DNA of 58,009 nucleotides from Planctomycetota bacterium (GTDB lineage Bacteria; Planctomycetota; Planctomycetia; JALXBF01): NCBI GenBank assembly GCA_026981825.1, contig JALSID010000227.1, positions 1 to 58,009 of the forward strand, read 5' to 3'. Shown piece by piece: positions 48,501 to 57,500 of this stretch (position 1 is its first letter; each line of letters starts with the position of its first letter). The notes under the pieces were generated by a model. It saw only the letters and a program-made list of their open reading frames with translations, ran no database searches and was not told where the DNA came from. The position numbers and the translations under genes were made by a program.

Positions 48501-51500
48501 AGGTGGTCCGCACCTGCCCGGCGCAACTCGTAGTTGGCCAGGTTCGTGACCGAGTGGTCCGGATCGTCGGTCCGCATGATCTCGTCGAACGTGATCACGA
48601 TGCTCGAGGGGGCCACATTCGTCCCCGAGCCGGGCACCATGTCGATGATGTGCGGCGGCGTCGTGTCCACCACGACCGTCAACGGTGGGAAGCGGTCCGG
48701 ATCAAGCCTCGAGTCGGTCACATTGCCGGCCCGGTCGATGAGCTGCCCGTGGATCACATGCGTGCCATCCGGCAGACTGACGGTGGCCGTCACGGACCAG
48801 GTCCCGATGCCGTCGCCGTCTGGATCGGTCACGACCGCGGTGCCGTCGTCATACTCACCGTCGCCGTCCACGTCGAGCATGATCTTCGGCAGCGGCTCGG
48901 GAACGTCGCCCGGCAGAGCGTTGACGTCCTCCTGAACAGAGGGGTTGCCTGGGAACGGATCGATTACCGTGCCGGAGAACTGCAGTACGGTTTCGCTTGT
49001 GCGGTTGTCCCCCGGCACGCCGGTGTCGTTGTCGAGCACGAAGCTGGTAACCTGAGCCGGCGACGTATCCACGTCGATGAAGATCGTCTTTTCTGTCCGG
49101 TTGCCGGTGGGATCCTGCAACCGCACCGTGATCGGGATAACTTTGCCGTCCTCAATGGTGACCGAGGGGTCGACCGCGATGGTGAACGACCCGTCAGGCT
49201 GGACGAACACACCCGGCACACCATCGAGGAAGTCTCCGTCACCATCGACTTCCAGGCTCACCGAGATGCCAGCCAGCGATTCCGGCAGGGGCTCGAGCAA
49301 CTGCCCAATGAAGGTGGGCCGATTGTTCTTGGTCCGCTCAACTCCCCCTTCCAGAGCCGAGGGCTCGTCGATCCCGGTGTCGTCCGCCGGATCAAGGCGG
49401 AACTCGAGGTTCATGGGCACTGTGAAGCTACCGGGGCCACCCGTGATCACGGGATTGTCGAACACGAAATCCTGATCATCGAGTTCACCATCGCCGGTGG
49501 GGAACCCAAACTGTGCCGGATACGGACCCGGACCGGGGAAGTCTCCATCCAGCAGGTTACCCGCCTCGTCCTGCAAGGCCCCAGGCGTCGGGCTGGTGGT
49601 CGCATCGATCGAGAACGTGTAGACCTCGGGCTGAATCAGAGCCGTGTTCAGGTCGATCAGGATCCGCCCGCCGGGTTGATTCGGGCCGGGAACCGTATCG
49701 TACGCAATGCGGCCAAGGACGATGGCAGACAGATCTCCACGAACGTTACCCGTCAAGGAATACAGATCGCGGTTGAACACACTGCCCACGTAGAACTCGT
49801 TCACCGCGGCCACGTCCGTCCGGCCGTCCCCGTCCCAATCGCCAAGGACGATCGCATCGCCAGGTGAACCGAACGGGCGTACCGGATCGTCATCCTGGCG
49901 GTTGTTGTTTTCGTCGAGGATGAACTCACCGAACGCCGGCGAGTAGACCCCCACGTCGTCTCCGGCGATCGGGTTGAACCGTCCCACGATCGGCAGGTCG
50001 GCCGCCTTACCGAAGGGGAACTGTGTTTCACCGGTGGTCGAATGGTCACCGTTGGTGTCCAGCAACCAGAGCAGCTCGTCTGCGGCCGGGTCCGGCGTGG
50101 CGATGCCTACCTCCGTGATCCCGTCGTTATTCCAGTCCCCGACCACAGGCATGTTGTTCGGATCGCCGGGTCCGAAGGTGAACACGAGCGGTGCAACGTC
50201 AAGGAAGCCGTCGCCGTCGAGGTCCTCCACGGGGTCGAGCACACCGTCGCCGTCGAGGTCCTCGTCGGGCGTCTCATCCCCGTCACCATCGACATCCAGG
50301 CGGAAGGTCGAGGTCGTCGGGTCATAGCTCCCGATAAGCGTTCGGCCCAGGCCAACCCAATCGCCCACAATCGGGATCTCGCCCACGTTGCCGAACGTGC
50401 GGATCACGGGGGACACGTCGAGGACGCCGTCCAGGTCCAGATCCTCACCGAAGTCGAGGACGCCGTTTCCGTTCGCGTCCTCACTGGGCGTCAGGTCGTG
50501 ATCGCCATCCTGGTCAAGCAACCAGAGGATCTTGCCGCTGCCGACGTCGAACCGAACCACGCCCAGTTCGGCCAGGCCATCGCCGTTGAAATCGCCGAGC
50601 AACGGCAGGTCGGTCGGCTGCGGATCGAGCCCTTCCCCTGGATCCACCACGCCGTTGCCGTTGGCGTCGGCGAAGAAACCGAACTGGAACGTCTCGCCCA
50701 CGTCGCGACTCAGATCGCCATTGAAGTCGACCGTCCACCGCGACCGTTCCGCGTCAAAGGACACGATCACGTCCTGGCCGGTCCCTGTGAAATCGCCGGC
50801 AAGACCGAGCGACATCGCCCGCCCGAGGTAGTCGGGCACGCCGTCACCGTCCGAATCGGTCTTCGGCCAGGCCCCCGGGGCTCCATAGAAGATGTCCCGC
50901 TCGCTCGTCTCCACAACAAAGTTGCCATTGAGGTCGATTGTCCAGTTCTTGCCGCGCGAAACGAGCAGCCGCTCACTGGCCCCCACCTCGATCTCGCGCA
51001 GCTCATCAAACGTTCCGATGTCGGTAACGCCGTCGCCATCCCAGTCCCCCACAACCGGAGGATCGGCTTCGGCGCCGAAGACGAACGCCGTGTCGTCAAA
51101 GGTGCGATTCGCGTTCAGATCGAGCACCCAGAGAGCCAGGAATTGATTGAAGGCCCCCACCTCATCCTTGCCGTCGCCGTTCCAATCGCCTATGACGGGG
51201 ATCGCCCCCAGCTCTCCGTACCGGAACTTCTCACTGTTCTCGAGCACATGGTTCTCGTTCAGGTCGAGGGCAAAGATCGCGTCGATGAGGCCGTTGCCGT
51301 CCACATCCTCGCCCGGATCGAGCAGTCCGTCGCCATCGCGATCCTCGCTGCCAAAGATTCCGATCTCAGCCAGCCCGTCGCCATCCCAGTCGCCGACCAC
51401 CGGCCGGTCACCGACGCTGCCGAAAGCAAAGGCGCCGTCGTCGGCTACGCGGTTACCGTTTGCGTCGACTACCCACACCAACTGACCCGTGTCAACGTCC

Positions 51501-54500
51501 GGGTAGGCTATGGCGATCTCGTCACCGGGCGTGGCCGGATCGAAGTCCCCCGCCAGCGGCGTACCACCGGGAGCTCCGAACTCGAACGGCAATTCGTTCG
51601 GCATGCGGTCACCGCCCAGATCCAACCGCCACAGGCCGGTGACTCGATCGTAGGTGCCGAGGTCGTCGTCGCCGTCACCATCCCAGTCGCCGATCACCGG
51701 GATCAGCCGCTGCCCGGTGCCAAAGGCATAGATCGGATCGTCGGGCTGCAGGTTGCCGTTCTCATCGAGCTGGAACTCACCGGTCTCGGGGTTGAACACG
51801 CCGATCTCGGTGGCACCATCGCCGTCCCAGTCGCCGGTGATGCCCATCCAGCCCGCTGCGCCGTAGAAGACCCTCGCATCGCCGGGACGGTCGTCAACCC
51901 GATTGCCGTTCGTGTCCAGCACCCATCCACCGGCACGTCGGACGCCAACGGGCGTCGTGGTAGTCAACCGTGGAGCAGCCCGGTCGACGACGATCGTCAG
52001 TGTCTGCGTCGACTGATTACCGGCCAGGTCCGTGACTCGCAGTTGGATATCGACCTCGCACGTGGAGAACTCGGGGCACAGGTCGAACAGCGGCTCGATG
52101 AAGAACGTGCCGTCGGCTGCCGTCACCACTCCGGCAGTGCCGTCATCGAAGTCGCCGATCGGATCGAGCTGCCCGTCGGCATCCAGGATCGGCAGCAACT
52201 CACCCGTACGCAGGTCCTGGATGCGGGTGATGTCGATCTCGACCGCCATGTTCTCGGTCGTGCCCGGGAACACGTCGGTCGCGATGCCGCGCAGCAGCGG
52301 CCGCGGCTGGTTCGTCTTGCTGTCGAGCTGCACGCCCGTGTCACTGGACTCGTCCAGCTCGAACGCTCGGATCACAGGGTCGTCCAAATCGACGGCGAAG
52401 GTCAGAACCTGCTCGGCCACAGGATTGCCGGCCAGATCGGTCAGGCCCTGGTTCGAGTGGATAATGAGGCGGTAGCGGTCGATGCGCAGCTCACCGCCAG
52501 ACAGCTCTCCCTGGGTCGGATCGCCAGAGCGCGGGTCGAGCACATTCAACGTCAGATAGCCAGGCTCGATGCCTGCCACGGACACGACGCGGATCCGCAC
52601 CTCGTTGCCGTCGTTGAAGATGTCGCCGTCCTGGTTCAGGTCTTCGGGCCCACCCGCTGCGATAATCTCGATCGTGGCCGGAAGCTCAGCGTTTTGGAAC
52701 GATCGGATCGCCTCCTGGCTCAAGTCACGGCCGAAGATGCGGAGCTCGTCAATGTAGCCGTCGAACGTCGGATAGACCCCCTCACGCCCGCCGACGATCA
52801 ACGGCTCATCGGTATCGGAGAGCCGCAGCGCGAGCTGGCCTTCGCGGTCGAGGTCGCCGTTGATGTAGATCCGCCAGGTACCGGGTTCATCCGTGGGCAA
52901 TGGCTGGCGATCGGGGTTGAAGGTGATCGTCAGTTGATACCACTCGTTTTGACTCAATGGCGTAGCGGACCGGATCTTCTGCGTGTCCTCACCCCCACTC
53001 AGGGCATGCGGCCGCATCTCGGTGACGGCTCCCGAGCCGTTCTGGCCCGGCGCCAGTTCGGCACGCACCAGGGTCGAGGCCACTGGATGCGAGTTCACGA
53101 GGTCGCGCACCTCCAGGGCAGTGGTCTCACCCGGATTGCGGAGCGTGATGGAGATCAACGCCTCACCACCTGTCAGAGGCTGAAGCGGCATGGGACGGAC
53201 GCGACCAAAGCCGGTGGGGTTCTCGGGCGCCAGAGCCGCGGTGATGATGCCGTTGGCCGGGCTCGTGGGGGCATTCCAGGCAGCGATCACCTGGGCGGCC
53301 GTGCTGATCGGCCGACCGGTCTCGTCGGTCGCCAGGTAGACGGTGAAGTGATCACCGCTGCGCACGATCCGCAGGGGCGAATTCGTCCCCTCGGCCACAA
53401 ACTGGATCCTGTAGTTGTTCCCTTCGATACCGGGCGTCACTGCGGTGAAGCGGATGTCGTTGTCGTCACCCGGGAAGGCGGTGGTCAACTGAGCCGCCTC
53501 CGTCGTCACGCTGAGCGACGGCGTTGGGTTGGGCGTGGTGGGAACAACGTACTGGATCCGGATCGAATTACCCGCGGCACCACGCTGCTGGGCGGTGAAG
53601 ACCAGATCGTTGTCCTGACCTTCGAGGTTCGTCTGCAACGTGGCGGCCCGGTGCCGGCCCACCGGGAAGACCTCGAACACCACGAAGTCACGATTGCCCC
53701 CTAACCGATCCGGATGACGCGGATCGTTCTCCAGATACAGCACCCAGCCACCGTCGAAGGTGCCGTCCTTGTGCTTGGCAAGGATGGGACGAATGTTGGG
53801 GTCGGGCCGCTGAGGCCGTGTGCCGAAGTCGCGCGGGTTGATCGTAACCTGGAGCGTGAACGATCCATCCAGCCGCTGCAGGTGGGTGGCGCCCAGCGGC
53901 ACGACAGCCCCGGTACCATCGTTGCCCGGAGCAAGCTCGGCAGTCACGACCGTGCCCGCCACGGCGTTGATCGCATCACGCACCGCCGCAGCCGTGTTCT
54001 GCGCCGGATCCAGGTTACCGTCCGCGTCGGTGGCCAGAAGCACCGTTACGCTGCTGCCATCCACCTGCACGCTGAGGGGGTTGTTCGGCGTACCAGGATC
54101 GCGGTACTCAATCGTGACATCGGCCCCCGCAGGACCGGGATCCACCGCGGTGAAGAGCAGATCGTTGTTTTCGCCGGGGATCCGCGCCCACAGTCTGGCC
54201 GGACCTGCCGCCAGATCCAGACTGCCGGTCGGGTCGTCTTCCACGGTGATGTATGCCTTGCCGCCGTCCAGGAATACGGGCGGCATCGGCCGCACCGGGT
54301 CAGAACCGTCCTCTCCCGGAGGCAAGGAGACCTCGATAAGTGCCGACGCGGCAGGATCGGCCTGCAGGGCGGCGAGCACGTCCGCAGCCGTGGACAGCAC
54401 CTGGCCGTTCGCGTCTGTTTCCAGGGTGACAACGATTGCCGAGCCGTTCACCGCAACGCTCAGCGGTGCCGGATGCGTATCGGAGAGTCGGTACTCCACG

Positions 54501-57500
54501 GAGATCTGGTTCCCCGCAGGCCCCGGTTCGACGGCGCGGAAGACCAGGTCGTCGTTGGCCAAGGGCAGGTCCGTAACGGCCGAGGCTTCCTGTTCGACCC
54601 GATTGTCGAACGGGCCGCGGATGAAGACGCTCTCCAGCGATTCGGCCACCGGGTTCCCGGCCAGCCGGACGCCGCTGTTCAGGACCCGGAACGCATCGCC
54701 GACGGCCGAGGCATCGTTGCCGTAGAGCGAGAGGTCCGGCACGTCGATCGGCGGGAAATCACCCGGCTGGAACCGCAGCGGGAAGTCACCCGGCTCGAGG
54801 TCGAACTGCAGGTACGCTCGCAGGTCGTTCTCGAGCAGCAGCATCGTCTCGGGCTGGCCCGTCGTGTCCGTGTTCGGAATGTTGACCAGGAACACGGCGC
54901 TGTCGGCAAAGGTCTCCAGATCATTGCCCACAGCTTGAGTCCAAGCTAGGTGGGCCACGCCGTTGTACGCAGCCAGACCGATGTATTCGAGGTACTGGTT
55001 GAGACCGTTCACACCGGAAGTCGGAGCGACGGACAGATCGTCCGAGATCTGAACCTCCGGCTCCCACGTTGTCCCCCCGTCCACGCTGAAGCTCATGAAC
55101 ACGTTCACGCCGGTGTTGGACGGGTCATTGCGGGTATCGTACCAGATCGCCACCACGGCCCCCGTCGCCTGGTCAACGTCCAGGGTGCCGTTGAACTGGC
55201 TGGCATCGTTCGGATCCTGGCTGTGGACCTGCACCGGTTCCGACCAGGTGAGGCCACCGTCATCTGAGTACTGGACGAACACGTCCGTGTCCGTGGCCCG
55301 GTTGGCCCCCACGTTGTGCCAGAGCATGTAGAGGCGCCCGGTGTTCGGGCCGCCGCTGCGGTCCACATCGATGGTGATCATCGGCGCCACGTCACGGACG
55401 CTCTGCGCCGGCAGGTCCTGGTTGAAGGACATCTGCGTCACGGCCGCAAGTCGGTCGACGCCGAAGTTCAGCCCGCCGGCCAGGCCGTTTGGATCCACGT
55501 CCACGTAGATCGGCTTGTCGCGGAAGTCGGTAGAGGCGGCCGAGGTCGCCTGGATCCAGGTCACGTACAGCTCGCCGTTCGGGCCCACGGCCACGTCGGA
55601 AAGCTGAACCACGCCGTTCGACAGCGGGAATGGCGAGACGTCTTGCACCGGCACCGGTGGCACGAAGTTCATGGGCAGAGGACCGTTCTCGTCGGCCACC
55701 GGGCTACCGCTGACAACGATGTCCGCCACATCGTCCACGCCATCCTCATTCGTGTCGGCGAACCGTGTCCACGAGATGTACAGGTTGTCCTGCAGCGGAT
55801 TCTCGGCATCGGGCCCGATGTCAATGAACCACTTGTCGTGGAAAACGCCTGAGGTTGGCGCGTCAAACACCACAGGTTCGATTTCGAACGTCTGGCCCCC
55901 GTCCGTGCTCCGGCCCACCACGACCACGCTGCCGCCGAGCGAGGTCTCGATCCCGTAAGCGATGTACACGTTGCCGTAGCGGTCGAACTCGACAGCGGGA
56001 TCGAACCGGGTGTTGGCCGTGATGCCATCGACGTTAATGTCGATCGGGGTCCGGCCCCAGGTCAGACCTCCATCGAAGCTGTAGAACACATCCATGGTGC
56101 TGGTGCCAAGCCGGTGCGTGAACGCAACCAGGTTCTGGGGGTTGGTGGGATTAACCGCGACCTGCACTTCGCTCTGACCGAAGCTCGGATCGTTGCTGAC
56201 GTTCACGTCCGGACCGCCGACCGGGGTAACCGGTCCCGTAACGTCAGGCGCCTGGCCGGACACGAACGGGATCCGGATCTGCCGGAGGTTGTCCGGGATC
56301 TCGACCCGTCCCGCCTCGGGCGGAGCACTATCGATGCTGATGGTGGTCACCGCGGGCAGCGAGAGATTACCGCTGCGATCCTGGACGCGAACGCGGATCT
56401 GGCGGCTATCGGTGTCGGTGAGCGGGAACCGCGCCTGAACCAGGGCCTCCGCCAGGATCAGGTTCGTGCCGGGTAGCAGCACGGGGTTACCATCCACGTC
56501 GCGCAGGATTCGCGTGAAACCAACGCCGTCATCGAAGAGGCCGTCCCCGTCCGTGTCCAACTCCACCCGCAGCCCTTCAACATCGTTGGAATCGTCGGTC
56601 ACCAGTACGCGGAACAGCGGACGCCCGTGCCTGGTCAGGATGGGCTCAAAGGCATCCTGTTCGCCGGTGTCGCTTGAGGGGGCAACGGTGAACCGCTGGA
56701 CGAGCGGCGGCAGAATGTCCTGCAAGTCGTAGGCACCGATGTCGAAGAACGGGTCGGTACCAACACCGAGGTTGGGCGTATTCGGATCGTCGATGCGGTC
56801 CAAGCCATCGTGATCGATGGTGGAGAAGTCACCCGGCCGCGGATCATGGGTGACGACCCGTTCGGCCGCAAAGGTCGGCTCGGGCACCGTGCGCTCTGGA
56901 TTGCGGAAAGCTGAGACCAGCAACACCGCACCACCCGTGGAACGGTCGATCGCCTGGCGCTCGGTCTCGAGCCGGTCCGCGGCGTTCGACAGAGCACGAT
57001 CGATCGCCGCCGATCCCCTCATGATTCGGAGATCGCTTGTGGGGTCGACGAACCGCGGATCGCCATAGACCGGGTTGTTGTTTTGACCGGGCGGCAGGTT
57101 CGTGTCCACGGTGTTGTTCCAGAACAGGTTGAAACCGGCCACAGTGAGGGGGGCCGAAGAGGAATCGCCCTGGAGCCCGATGATGGTCGAGTTCGCGATG
57201 ATGTTGTTCATCACCGTCGGGCCCGCACCGTCGGTGAGGCGGATCGCGATGTCATTGATTGAGAAGCTGTTGTTCACCACTCGGTGGTAGGGGATCGCCG
57301 GCGAGGGGGCAGCCAGGGCCTGATTGCCGATCAGATCGACGGCAACCGAATTCTGCAGGAAGACGTTGTTCCAGATGTCCACGCCCGGAACCAGAGCATC
57401 CATCGCGTTCGGATCGAAGCGGAACGGATCCGGAATCGAGACCGTGGCATTGACGCCACCTGCGCCGCGGATGCCCACGGGCTGCACCCGGACGCCGATC

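Noticed and set aside
50042-53704. 1220-aa plus-strand ORF (also 45869-47314, 48452-49867, 53714-54949)
   Set aside because: Antisense shadows of the giant minus-strand gene; no motifs, and expected from GC-rich codon bias
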